Assembly (NCBI GenBank): GCA_030167865.1
Contig: JALAGF010005307.1
Location: forward strand, 1-34,789
Source: Craspedostauros australis
Lineage: Eukaryota
Direction: 5' to 3'
DNA: 34,789 nt
Positions 1-11,800 of the stretch are shown here, piece after piece. Both the position numbers and the translations under genes were made by a program. The notes below the pieces were generated by a model. The model made no database searches. It had not been told where the DNA came from and worked only from the letters and a program-made list of their open reading frames with translations. How positions within the stretch are numbered: the stretch's first letter is position 1; every line of letters starts with the position of its first letter.

Positions 1-893
1 AAGTATGTAGCTCATGTGGAAGTGGGATCGAGAGTGGAAGAAGAAGCATGTCACGCCAAGAACCCAAGCCATGCCAACAAACAACCCCCAACAACAAATA
101 GACTCCAACACAACAGTCTCCCACCCTCTCATACTCAGCCATGCCAGACTTGGCATTCAACAAACACCCATCCATCTATCCATCCCTGCCATGCCANGCC
201 ATGCCATGCCAATGTGCCTCTAGAGATAGATAGTATCNACACCTGGGGGATGCTCCATCCTGTCTCACATCACACCAAACAAAGACTGTCCCAGCTGTAG
301 TGGACAACCTGATGGGATCCGTCACACATTTCCTCACTGTAGCAAAGCAACAAAGTTGTCATTCATTGCAGAACCTCCTGACTGTCGCAGATGTGTGGAG
401 CACCGAGTCATGGACTTGGCATGCTATGAATACATCACTGATCATTTCAGCAATGACACCATCATCCTTTGCAACAATCGAAGTGGGCATGCATGGTGTA
501 TACATTGTTCCTTTGCTCTGTCTTCGCCATCTCATCAGACCACACATTGCCAATGCAAAAACAGCAGGCAAAGCATCCAGCGAAGCATCTGCCAGACACC
601 AATGTACAATGAATTTGTCAGCATTATTCAACATGCAGACTGCATCCTGTATTCTGAAACAACTCGCCAATCAGAACACAGCATGCGGCAGGAGCTGAAA
701 CATCTGCCAACGATCAGCAATGAGTGGGCGGCTCCAGACAGCAGCTGGAGAGCTTCTGATCACACCCAACAACTTCACACACGGCTGAGCATAAATCAGA
801 GTATTCTGCCACCACCAACTATCAATGCATCAGCTGTGATCCTTGCCAGATGTCATTTGGCAAGCAGTAGTGAATTGGCAGTGATGATTTACA

Positions 894-911
894 AGAGAGA
901 GAGAGAGAGAG
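894..911. repeat. (AG)9 microsatellite
   Basis: Pure AG run read directly from the sequence. Confidence 0.9.
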
Positions 912-1059
912 GGAGGAGCATCCAGCACACCTCTTGACCCAACCAGAGAATCCACAGTTTACCCAACCAAGAGATTCCAGAAAAGCATATCCAGAAGAGA
1001 GCTGAGCATGCAGCCACAAACAACAAATCCATGGAAAGGATCCAGGAGAAAGCAACCAG

Positions 1060-1871
1060 TGTTGGCAAGTTCCGCTCACGGTAACCTGCGATCGTGGAAG
1101 ATGGTGTTGGTTGATAGTCGTTCGTTTGCTATTTCATTACTTGGCTACTCCGATGCTCTCGGTGTACGCCCGNNNNNNNNNNNNNNNNNNNNNNNNNNNN
1201 NNNNNNNNNNNNNNNNNNNNNNATCTGTTTCGTAGATTCGGTCTCCGACTATGAGTCGGTACGCGAGATGCTCTCTCGCTCCTCTCTGTATTCTCTCTCT
1301 CTCTCAGCATCGTGTGCTCGTCGCGCACGATACTCCGTGTTCGATACGTACTCCGTATTCGACGCTCCGTTCATTCAGTACTGGCTCCTACTCCATGAGT
1401 ACTTGCCATTTGAAGTTCACCTTCTGTATCCATGATGCTGATGCCCTTNNNNNNNNNNNNNNNNNNNNNNNNNNNNNNNNNNNNNNNNNNNNNNNNNNNN
1501 NNNNNNNNNNNNNNNNNNNNNNNNNNNNNNNNNNNNNNNNNNNNNNNNNNNNNNNNNNNNNNNNNNNNNNNNNNNNNNNNNNNNNNNNNNNNNNNNNNNN
1601 NNNNNNNNNNNNNNNNNNNNNNNNNNNNNNNNNGTACCATTGATGGATGGACGGACGATCTTCCAATTCTCTCAGAAATCGTCATTTGCAAATTTCCTCC
1701 AGAAATCTTGCCCCTTTGCGTGTGTTCCGTTTCCCCTGTAATTCTGACGAATCACAGCATACTATTGACACGAATGTAGTTATACCGTCCAAGTGCGTAT
1801 GAGAGAATAACGGGTGAACGATGCACATATACTCGTACATCTCGACATATACTCACATGTACATCTCGACA
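1060..1871. mobile_element. Solo LTR-like element, copy A (young; contains two N gaps)
   Basis: Starts TGTTGGCAAG at 1060 and ends ...CATCTCGACA at 1871. Flanked by an exact direct repeat AACCAG (1054-1059 and 1872-1877). Colinear with copies at 1995-2800 and 32676-33455. No coding capacity, CpGs largely retained. Confidence 0.8.
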
Positions 1872-1994
1872 AACCAGCAGCAGGCAAGGCATCGAGCATT
1901 GAACATCGAACCTACTGCAAAGCAATCAGCAATCAGCAACAACCAACAAGCTACAAATCTGCAACACCAGAGTATCCAGAGAACAGAGCACACA

Positions 1995-2800
1995 TGTTGG
2001 CAAGTTCCGTGGACGGATAACTTGCGATTGTGGAAGACGGTGTTGGTTGATAGTCGTTCTGTTTGCTATTTCATTCCTTGAGCACTCCGATCCTCGTTGT
2101 GTCTCTGTTCTCTTGCCCAATGCTCTTGGCGCGTCTCTGTGTTTCGTAGATTGGTCTCCGACTATGAGTTGGTACGCAAGATGCTCTCTCGCTGCTATTT
2201 GTATTCTCTCTCTTCTCAATGTTGCATGTTCATGCTACATGATACTCTGTGTTCAATGCATACTCCGCATTCGACACTCCGTTTGTTCACTACTGACTTC
2301 TACTCCATGAGTGCTTGCCACTTGAACTCCATCTTGTGTATCCATGATCTTGATGCCCTTTGGTCATCAAATCTTCACCTTCTGCTTCTGACATGGAGAC
2401 AGATGTTGACGTGGTGACACAATGACATCTTGTCTATGTCAGCTGTCGTCTTCCTGTTCCTCCAGATGTCATGTTCCATCAGTGATGCGGTGGTCTGTCA
2501 GATGATATCATCATCTGGGGCGTAGTTGGGAGGTACATTGAGCTTCACTCGATACCATACATTTCCATTGATGAATGGACGGACGATGTTCCTGATTCTC
2601 TCAGAAATCGTTGATTGCAAATTTCCTCCAGAAAATCTGCTCATTTTTGTGTATTCCATTTCCACTGTGATTCTGACAAATCACAGCATACAATTGACAC
2701 GAATGTAGTTGTACCATCCGTACATAAATAAGAGAATAACAGGTGAACGATGCACATATACATGTACATCTTGACATATACACGCATGTACATCTCAACA
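1995..2800. mobile_element. Solo LTR-like element, copy B (806 bp, decayed)
   Basis: TGTTGGCAAG...CATCTCAACA, giving 5-bp inverted termini TGTTG/CAACA typical of Ty1/copia LTRs. Aligns end to end with copies A and C. Many CG>TG/CA changes; no target-site duplication visible. Confidence 0.78.
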
Positions 2801-3347
2801 CAGCTGGATGCTTGGGGTTGAATGGAGTCCAATGGTGTCAATGCTTCCTGTTGCTTGCACAAGGCCACCACAACATTGCTCCAACACTCTTTCCAATACT
2901 AACAATCATACACTTTTCAAAGGATCTCTGCCCATTGAATGTAGAGGAAAGATCCCAACCTGGATGCCAATGCCGGAACTGGTACAAGGATGGATGATCT
3001 TCATGGATGAATAGATGGGTGGGTGGGTCCTGTGCTGCGGCCAATATGGCATGCCCACCACCAAATCAGATGCCCCATCAGTGAAGTTGCAAAAGCTGCA
3101 ATCCTGAATTCAACCCATATTGCAGGCCACAGTGGTGACTGTGACCGACAGCAGCATGTTTACGCCATTGTAATCATCATTGTCATTTTTGCTATTGGTT
3201 TGCTGTGATGTGCACATGTGTTGCATATGACCGGTGTGCCAAGTATTGTGTACATTTGTAGCGTGAGCTCATCCTGCTAGCTAACACAGACCTGTGGGTA
3301 CTTGTACTTGGCGACAGCACTGATGCCATTGTCGATCTTGATGCCGA

Positions 3348-3383
<36 letters not shown>
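3348..3383. repeat. (TGT)12 microsatellite
   Basis: Pure trinucleotide run. Confidence 0.92.
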
Positions 3384-3385
<2 letters not shown>

Positions 3386-4217
3386 TCTGGTGTCACACAA
3401 AGACCCAGAATCTCACTCACAACTGTGTTCACAAAGTCACAGCCGACGACATGATACCAAAACGGATNNNNNNNNNNNNNNNNNNNNNNNNNNNNACTGC
3501 TGTGTCGCCGTTCACATCAAAGGAACACTTCTGTCCTTGTTTTGTTGGGATTTTGTAGAAAACAATTTTGTCAATTTTGCGTATGTCTTGGTACTATTGC
3601 GGTAATACTAGTAATAAGCGACAACAATACTGAGCATACGATAGTACCATCGTAACGATATCATGAACGTATCGGTCGGAATCGTTGTTCAGTTACGACA
3701 ATGGAGTTTGTCACCTCGAGATACTCAAACGGAGATACTGCATGTAAATAATTACACTTAATTTGTTCAATACGTGATTTCTTAGAAAGTTTCAAAGTTC
3801 CACAATTCCTCGTGCGAAACCAACCACGCAATCCCACCGCCTCTGCCAGCGCTCACAACGAGAATCGATCCGACAGGGAACAGATCGTCTGCGTCACATG
3901 GTTCCAAATGAGAACCCCAAGCGCAACAAAGCTCGGGAAAATTGACCCAAACTCCCCTCAATTCACCCTTCAATGGGATGGCTTGCTCGTGGAAGTGATA
4001 AAGTCTAAGCCATTTGATTGGCTGGGGTCGCCGGCCATGCCAAAAAATAGCCACTCGAACCCCTCTAATGTTACGCTGTGTACCATAGGTACAAGCCTGA
4101 TCCATTCATTTGTTTGTCTATTTGCATGTTTGGGACAATGTGGTACTTTGGTCGTCTGGTTCGCTCCGGATAACCTGAAGGGAGGGTCGAGCGTTTCAAG
4201 TGATGGAACGCACAGAA

Positions 4218-7200
4218 TCAGCCATCCGTTAACATCGAGACGGTGTCGTTGTCCAAGTTCCCGGTTATTCGCCCTGTACTCAGGATTGGTGGCTTGATTC
4301 CATCAAATGCGATTGGGCGATGATCCATGGGTCCGAGACGTGCAATTTCCTGAGGCTGCGTTTCGCAGGCAGGCCGTGGGTCGAATCCTGCTCCCGCCAA
4401 GCCCTCCCGCTGCGTGTTTGCAGGGTGATCGATGTCATGGCCGTCAGGATTCAGCACGTTGGGGAGCAAATACATCGATCTCCGCTCTTTCAGCAGCTTC
4501 ACTTTCACCATGCAGCCCCATTCGGCGTAATATGCAACGGCTCGTGTCAGGTACCTGCGGGCGTCTTCGGTCATCTTGTCTCTCGTGTGCTGTCCTTTGG
4601 AGTTGTTGTCACCGTTCTGGGCCACCGAAGGTGCGTCCAGGTTTCGCAGCAGGTATTCGCCTGCTAGCTCGCACCCCATTGCACAGTGATTCGTCATCGT
4701 TGATTGAATGGCGAGCGCGATGGCGCTGTCGTAGGCTTCCTGGATGCGACGGATCGTCGCGTGGTCGGGGGTCATGTCCTTCAACGAAAGGTACTCAGCA
4801 TGAAGCAAGCGAAACAGAGGCTTGAAGTTCTCTGCCCTGTTGGAAATGAAGGCTTGAAGTAGCTTGATCTGTGCCTTCAACTCTCGCATGTACTTGCGTT
4901 TTTTGGTTTGCCGGTACAATGCTGCTGCTGAAATGCCAAGGCAGTGGGTCCGATTCGAAATGAAGACGAAGGCTGTGTTGTGCTTCGACAAGCTCGCGAA
5001 GTGTTGGGCAAGACGGTATGCCATCTTGTTCTTCCCGAAATACAAAGAGATAGTAGACTCCCCGAGCTTGGCTTCGGCCATCATGGTGACATCGGCTGGA
5101 ATCGGCGGGTCCTCTCTCAGATTCTCCTCGGAAGACTTCTGGATCACATCCCAATCGATCTCACGGCTACCGGTCAACCACTGCACGTATTGCAGCAAAA
5201 CACGCGCGGTACCGTGCAGTGCTATAATCCTGTACCTTCTGTATTGCTTGTTTGTCTTTGTCATGGCCTTTTCCAGCTTGAAGAGGTTGCCTCCGGTGCA
5301 ATAGATCATGGAGTCATGGGTGAGTTGGTTGATCAAGCCTTGCTCGAACTCGCCTGCCTCCATGGCAACGGCGTATCCTTGCTTGAACTTGTTGATGACC
5401 TCCCCAAGTGGTTTGCTGAAGGCGTAGATGTTGAAGGCGGCCATCACGTACACCCACCCTGCGAGCCTTGTGGCCTGAGTCCTCTCGAGCAGCCTGAGCG
5501 CAATATCTGCGCAGCGAACCACCAAGTCATGAGCCTGGTTGGTCGTGCTCCAAATTGTGCCAAGGATGATGAATGCGTTGGAGGATTCTTCGCAGATGCC
5601 GTATTGCATCGTCATCCGAACGAGCCTGCACATCTGGAGGACCCACTGTGTCAGATCGCCGCCCATGAAAGATCGGACTCCAATCTCCACGATGAACTGC
5701 ATGGCCATCGCCTTTTGGTAGTCTTGTTGGGGTGGAAGATTGACGATCTCGTCGTTTGTTTTGGACAGCATGTATGCCTTGATCTTGTATAGGTCCCTCG
5801 CGATGCGAAACAGGTAGAAGCGTTTGGGGAACTCCCCGAGCTTGCGCGCCACGGACGTAGCCAGCGACAGCGACTCGGCGATCCTGCTTTGGCGTCCAAG
5901 TGCGACCGCCATGGACAAGTACGTTGGCAGCTTCTCATCCAGCGACTCCGCCTGCTGCAGCAGATCATGGCCAAGTCTATACCCGATCTCGAAGTGGCCA
6001 AGTGATAGCTCAACCTCCGACCGTGCCCGAAAGAGACGCAGGCAGATCTCGTGCTGTTCTTGCCATGGATTCCGCACTTTCTTTAGTGCATCGGACGCCT
6101 TTTTCAAATACATCGCGGAAGGTGCCAGAGCTGCAAGCTCGAGCGCTCGCTCTCCAACCTCCACGTTCAAGAAGACGAGGAAGAGGTGATCCTTGGTGGG
6201 GACGTGATTGAGATGGTCGGCCGCGATGAAAAGCAAGCCGCTTCCGTCTCTTTGGCTTTCCTTTGCTGCTCCTACCGATCGTTTGATTAGTTTCGGAGTG
6301 ACCGAAGGCTTGGAACTGGATTGCTTTTGCCGTTCGATGTATTGCTGGGTGTATGCACTGGAGATTTGCGAGCGTCCACCCGCCTCGCTTCCGCCGCCGG
6401 AACCTGTCGATGTGACTGCAGTTATGGCCGTGCCTGTACTGATGCTGAATTCGTTCCCATCCTCATCCAGCGAACCTTCGTTGTCGTTCATCCTGCGATA
6501 TAGGCCCAGCAGGCAGAGGCCGATGTGCTTCCTCAGCTTGTGACGGGTCTCACCGGCTGGGACTAATCCTTGCGCAGCCTGCTGGACGCGGTCGTGGGCG
6601 AAATGGTACACGCTCTCACCGATTGCGTTGGTAATGAGGTTCTCCAGGACGGCGAGCTCCATAACTTTGGATACCCTGTCCATGGTCCACGTCGAAGTTG
6701 CTGGTGGTGGATGGTGTGACTTTCTTTGGGCTGATGACGCATGTGGCTTTTGCTGCGTTGACATCAACTCGATGCCCCCTGCGTCGTCGACGTATCTCAA
6801 GACGGCATATAGCAAGCGCAGATCGAATGCGGATCGGATGTATGCAGCGATGGAGAGGATGTGCTGAAGGTCCAGCGGCAGTGCCTTGAACTGCGATTCG
6901 ATGACGGCCACGATATTGTCGCTGACTGGCAGATCGGCTTCTTCGCTGATGTAGCCTTTCAAGTCCCATTCCCAACGATGCAGCCCCTCGTTGTAAAAGA
7001 GCATGCCCATGCGTTTCAACTCCTCGATGGCCTGCAACGTGAAGTAGGTGTTGCCGCGAGTTTTCTTGTGGATCTTCGCGGACAGCAATCCAAGGTCGGC
7101 GTCATTGGAGGGACGACCGAACAAGATGGAAAGCCAATGTGCTACCTCCGACGCGGACAGGTTTTGAGCAGTGATTTGTTCAAGATGCTTGCCCTCTGCC

Positions 7201-8837
7201 GCCAAGTGGTGGGTGCCGTTGATGCTCCTGGTGCTTATGTCGTGGCTGCCATGCTTCCTGAGTCCTTTCTCGGTAGTGCCATGGAATTGGTCCGACTGTG
7301 TCAATGGATCCAGAAGGTAGGTGCGCAGCGGTGCATCGGGCGTGAGCTCCGTGGCGAGGTTATTGTGCACGTCCGTCTCCTGCCGGATGGCGCCGATGAA
7401 CATGAGGTTTTGAAGGTCAGGGTCAGAGATGAGCATGGCCAGCAGCTCGAGGCCAGCTGAAGACGACCATTGCAAGTCATCCAGGAATAGGTAGACAGGT
7501 CGTTCGGGGGTTGAAACGGCCTTCATGAACTGTATGAAGATGTAGCGCAATCGATTCCACGAACTCGTTGTGTTCATGTTCGCTGAGCCGTTGGCTTTGA
7601 TGAGCCTGGCCAGGTCTTGGACCGTCGCGCTGTTGGCGCTCATGAGAGAAGACGTGCTGACGTTGGCCACGGAATCGTCGCCGCCTTGCAGCAGCCTCGG
7701 CGCCAAGAGCAGTGCGAGGGATGGGACAACTGCGATGAGGGTGGAGATGGCGGAACGATTGAACCTCGATCCTCTGCTGTCGGAGCGGGTTCTAGTCGTA
7801 GTGCCCGTGTGAAAGTTGGCCTGAACCAGCTCCTGGATGCGGTCCAGCTCTTCGGGCTCTCCGGTCTGGAGCTGCGTTGCGAAGTCGTCCAGTGCCTGTG
7901 CGATGGCGGAGAATGGATCGCTGCTTCCATTGTATTCGTCGTACTTGCCGCGCAGGATGTAGCAACACGAACAGCTCCGACGTTGGCCGCTCTGCGTCCC
8001 GTCTTCCGTATGTTGCAGCGATCGAGTTGCTGCGCTACCGGCATCCGAAGACCGTTGGGTCTGTTCGTGGTGGTCGGCTCTGACGCCGCACGTGCAGCAT
8101 GTTCTATTGAGGAAGTGATCGACCAGCATGGACTTGCCCGTTCCGCTCGTTCCCCACACCAGCACCGCCGGATAGATCGGGCGGGAATCATCGGCATCCG
8201 AAGTCTCTGGTGGCAGGGTCTGCTCCAGGTTGCTGAGACTATCGCTAAGGCTTGGATTGATGGCGTCGTCCTGATCAGCCGTACTTGAATACAATGCCGC
8301 GGATGGCTCCGTCGCCCGAGGCTCGGTCTCGTTCTGCTGTTCCCGCGTTGGATTAGGAGATTGTTCACCGATAACTCGGTTGCGGATGCTGGAGAGTTGT
8401 TGCAGTTCCTTCTGGCGCCCGAAGAAGACCTCTTCAGGACATTCCAGTGGGTCAAATGAGAGGGATCCAGACATGGATGAGGCATGGGATGACAATGCCG
8501 ACGATGAGGTATGGGATGAACGAATCGATGCTGCCAACGATGATGACGCTTGCGATGAAGCCTTCGATGAGGCCTTCGATGAAGCCTGTGATGATGAGGA
8601 TGACAACGACGACGATCGCACGGACAATTGCATTGATGTCGATGTCAAAGCCGAGCCTGCCCCTGAGTGCGACGATGGCAGCGACGCGTTTCCTTCAGCT
8701 GTCTGTCTTTGTGTTCGCGAGGAGATGGATGCTGGGGTGTGATCGGATATCTCCCAGTCGGAGGAGAAGTCCACAGGCTTTGATCGTAAAGTGATGGTGC
8801 CAGTCTCGTCGATGGCAGGTAACGCGGGGAAAGTCAT
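4218..8837 (-). CDS. Large STAND-class / AAA_16 P-loop ATPase with helical (TPR-like) C-terminal region, COG3899-like, 1539 aa, intronless
   Basis: First ATG of the 4218..9032 ORF is at 8837 (MTFPALP). Motifs: FFGRQKELQQL, Walker A GTSGTGKS (~8130-8153), GKYD..SDPFSAI, Walker B LFLDDLQW (~7467-7490), KTRGNTYF, YHFAHDRVQQAA, and terminal YLTRAVAYYAEWGCMVKVKLL. These match the central block of bacterial Ser/Thr-kinase-AAA-sensor kinases. N-terminus is Ser-rich low complexity. Confidence 0.88.
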   Translation of the reverse strand: MTFPALPAIDETGTITLRSKPVDFSSDWEISDHTPASISSRTQRQTAEGNASLPSSHSGAGSALTSTSMQLSVRSSSLSSSSSQASSKASSKASSQASSSLAASIRSSHTSSSALSSHASSMSGSLSFDPLECPEEVFFGRQKELQQLSSIRNRVIGEQSPNPTREQQNETEPRATEPSAALYSSTADQDDAINPSLSDSLSNLEQTLPPETSDADDSRPIYPAVLVWGTSGTGKSMLVDHFLNRTCCTCGVRADHHEQTQRSSDAGSAATRSLQHTEDGTQSGQRRSCSCCYILRGKYDEYNGSSDPFSAIAQALDDFATQLQTGEPEELDRIQELVQANFHTGTTTRTRSDSRGSRFNRSAISTLIAVVPSLALLLAPRLLQGGDDSVANVSTSSLMSANSATVQDLARLIKANGSANMNTTSSWNRLRYIFIQFMKAVSTPERPVYLFLDDLQWSSSAGLELLAMLISDPDLQNLMFIGAIRQETDVHNNLATELTPDAPLRTYLLDPLTQSDQFHGTTEKGLRKHGSHDISTRSINGTHHLAAEGKHLEQITAQNLSASEVAHWLSILFGRPSNDADLGLLSAKIHKKTRGNTYFTLQAIEELKRMGMLFYNEGLHRWEWDLKGYISEEADLPVSDNIVAVIESQFKALPLDLQHILSIAAYIRSAFDLRLLYAVLRYVDDAGGIELMSTQQKPHASSAQRKSHHPPPATSTWTMDRVSKVMELAVLENLITNAIGESVYHFAHDRVQQAAQGLVPAGETRHKLRKHIGLCLLGLYRRMNDNEGSLDEDGNEFSISTGTAITAVTSTGSGGGSEAGGRSQISSAYTQQYIERQKQSSSKPSVTPKLIKRSVGAAKESQRDGSGLLFIAADHLNHVPTKDHLFLVFLNVEVGERALELAALAPSAMYLKKASDALKKVRNPWQEQHEICLRLFRARSEVELSLGHFEIGYRLGHDLLQQAESLDEKLPTYLSMAVALGRQSRIAESLSLATSVARKLGEFPKRFYLFRIARDLYKIKAYMLSKTNDEIVNLPPQQDYQKAMAMQFIVEIGVRSFMGGDLTQWVLQMCRLVRMTMQYGICEESSNAFIILGTIWSTTNQAHDLVVRCADIALRLLERTQATRLAGWVYVMAAFNIYAFSKPLGEVINKFKQGYAVAMEAGEFEQGLINQLTHDSMIYCTGGNLFKLEKAMTKTNKQYRRYRIIALHGTARVLLQYVQWLTGSREIDWDVIQKSSEENLREDPPIPADVTMMAEAKLGESTISLYFGKNKMAYRLAQHFASLSKHNTAFVFISNRTHCLGISAAALYRQTKKRKYMRELKAQIKLLQAFISNRAENFKPLFRLLHAEYLSLKDMTPDHATIRRIQEAYDSAIALAIQSTMTNHCAMGCELAGEYLLRNLDAPSVAQNGDNNSKGQHTRDKMTEDARRYLTRAVAYYAEWGCMVKVKLLKERRSMYLLPNVLNPDGHDIDHPANTQREGLAGAGFDPRPACETQPQEIARLGPMDHRPIAFDGIKPPILSTGRITGNLDNDTVSMLTDG

Positions 8838-11800
8838 GGTGAATGCAGACTCTCCGTTGTCTTGTTCTGTATTGCGTTGATTGCGTTGATTGATGGCCGA
8901 TGGCTGATGGATGTGTCCTTTTGTATTATGTCGGTGCTCCGAATGGAGAGTGAGTATGGACTGGTGATTGCCACTCTTGCTCGTTACCGTGCGTTGAGAG
9001 ATGGGTTGTCGTTGAATGGGAATCTGGTGCAACGGTGCTTCTCGACGCCACTCAACTAAATGCTATTCTATGACAATACTCCGGCGATGCTTCGGCTTGT
9101 GGTGCTCCTCCAATGCTACGACACGCCCCTGATGCGCCTCCGTGTTTACTGCTCTGGTCGCTTCGTTTGTGTTTGCTGTTGTTGGTGGATGCTGGTCGTT
9201 GTTTTCTGCACGATGATGGGTGTGGCGTGGACTGTTTCTGTCTTTGTCCTTTGTGCTTTTGGCCTGCGAACGACAAAAAGGCATCAGTGGCGACAGTACA
9301 GAGCCCACGCAGTCGATTGTGGTTTGATTCATGTTCGCATCCTCTGCGTCCACTACCCAACAAGGAGCCAAAAACTCGCGATGCTGTTTTGTTTCTCTCT
9401 CGCTCGTGGCCATACGTACGTGCTCGTACTCGAACCCACACCTGTGGATCGCACAGCGCAAGACAACGGCATTGCACGAAGCCCAACACGAGCCGCCACC
9501 GCGAGTGCCGCTGCCGCGATCAGGAAATACAAGAATCTTCGTACTTGCCACTCGCGTTCCAAATTCGCACAACCCAAGGCTTAGAGGCCCGAACGAACCC
9601 TGCGCTGCCCCACTGGCGGATTAGCAGGGAAAACTGGGACATTTTGCTTCTTCCGATCAATGCCCGCGCACCAACGTTCAAGTTCCGAGCTCCACACTCC
9701 CTGAAAAACGCATACTGGTTGTTGTGCTGTGCGAGTATGCGCGGACGGCACCACCCCAAGTACCAAAAGAAGACCTGGCATCCTTGTTTTGCTCTCTATT
9801 TTCCGCCGCGTTTGTGCCTCGTGCGCCTTTTTTGCCTTTTGGGATCACCACGCCGACATTCGGAGGCCATGGTGCGTGTCACGTTGAGACACATATGCCA
9901 AGAATTCACGATCTGCGGTGCCAACACCGAAAGCCCAAACACCACCGGTATCTGCTACCAAGTCGAGAATTGTACGCCTTGTTGTCAGTGACTTTCTGAG
10001 CAAGAACTCCGGCAATAGTGTCATCCGCGTGATGCGCGAAAACGAAGCGAAGCTGTCGCACAGGCGTTTGACGCAGTGCGCACTCACGAGAGATGAAGCA
10101 CCGAAAACGGGTTTATATCACGTCTCTGCGCGTTGCGGATGCTCCCATCGAACCGGCGCAGTATAGCCCGTGGTTGCCAACGCGTGTCTGGTAAACACCC
10201 AACAGTATTTCCCACACTGGTCTTTGGTCGCAATTGCGTTTTTCGTTTCTGACGAAACAGCATCTCAAAGGCAGCGTCACGTTGGTTGATACGAAGCGCC
10301 TTCCTCGTCACCTTCAGGGGACCAGACAAGGCAACCATCTGCAATTCGAGTGGCGGCCAACAGCGGTGGTGTCGAGTAGAGCCGAGCACGAAATGACACA
10401 TGGTGATCTGCATTCTGGAAGTCAGAGAGGGAGCAGCGCAAACAGGACATTCTCCTCGGATGCACGGGTATGGTAAGATTCGGTGGAGTGCAATACGTCG
10501 CCGTACGACTGAGCATGCAAGAGTGGAGCAATAGGTACAAGCGCAGAACGGAAAAGAAAAGGAGTCAGCACTCCATGAGCACTTGCAGGAGAATGCTCCT
10601 TTCTCGGAGGTGACCTCTGCCCCTTTTTGTCACATCAAGCTGATTTCTTACACGTAGGAAATGGAGAGAGACTGAAGGGACACCTGTGTTCACGCTCTGT
10701 TGCATTCTGGGGAACTACCGCGGAGAGTAGGATGGAAGCACGTCACTATCCGCGGGTTGTCTGTCAACAAGATTCTTCCGTGCCCCCCCTGCCGCCCACA
10801 CAATGTATCTGTCTGCACCTGCGAGAAAGCAACATTCAGACGCACACACAAGCTGCCTCCGATTCGCATGAATGTACGTGGAAGAATGCATTCCGTTCCT
10901 CCTTCGATCGCAATCGTTGTACTATACCTCGTCTTTGCGATTGTCAGCAACGGACAGCGCCAGCCATCGGTCTACCAATACGATGCGTACCACGCAGAGC
11001 ACTCGAGCCGATGCCTTCCTGCGCTGATTGTTGCAGTTCGAGCATTCGGGCATTTGGGCCTGACAATGACAGTGACAGCGCTTTGGTACACCGCACGATA
11101 CAAGACAAGGTTGCAAAGTGCGAAGCACAGAGTGTGCAATGGGTGGCAAGTGGCAAACAGCAGCTGCCCTGTTCTTCAGAGACAAATGTGGATGATAAAG
11201 TAGCTGTGCACATGCATGTATCCTACACCATGCAATGCATTTGTACTAGAGTGATTTTGTGATGTTGATTCGGCCGTGTTGTTCCTCCTTTGTTCATCCT
11301 ATAGTCTTGTAATGGCTCTCTGCGGATGACACGGTGCCTGGAATGACTTGCGACGGAGATGCTCTCTTGGAGCTGAAAAGGCATCAGACCGCTACACAGA
11401 ATAGCGAGATTCGGCGAAGCCGAGGGAGGCCATGTATCAGCATCTACTATACCCAACATTTGATTCCGTACTATTCTATTATAGTATGCTGCACATATTC
11501 GTACGTACCCGCGAGAATCACAATCATCCACACCTACTCGTGAAGTCAAGAACGGTGTAATCATTGTCGTCCATGAAGACAAGATGAATCCAGCGAAGAT
11601 GAAAAAGTGTGCTGAAAAAGTGAGCCATGGGGCTGCGATCCTTGATGCGCAAGACTGACGAAAGCGAGGAGACGCGCAGCAAGTATTCCACCAACGACGT
11701 ACTCGTCCTCAGCCTCACCCACGTCTCCACATCACTCGCTCTGCAAGAGTATGGCATTCGAGCCCAGAGAAAGTGAATTGGCGGGTAACAACATGAGGCT

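Noticed and set aside
1060..2800. Copies A and B as the paired LTRs of one miniature element
   Set aside because: Copy A has its own target duplication on both sides and is much less decayed than B; independent insertions fit better.
3040..3090. Minus-strand peptide FTDGASDLVVGMPYW resembling an FG-GAP repeat
   Set aside because: Single short match in CpG-decayed repeat terrain with no supporting ORF or further repeats.
3782..4297. ORFs 3782-4105 (-) and 3812-4297 (+)
   Set aside because: No recognisable domain or codon bias; likely 3' flank of the ATPase gene.
10561..10617. Three adjacent short inverted repeats (5-bp arms)
   Set aside because: Arms are too short to be distinguished from chance.
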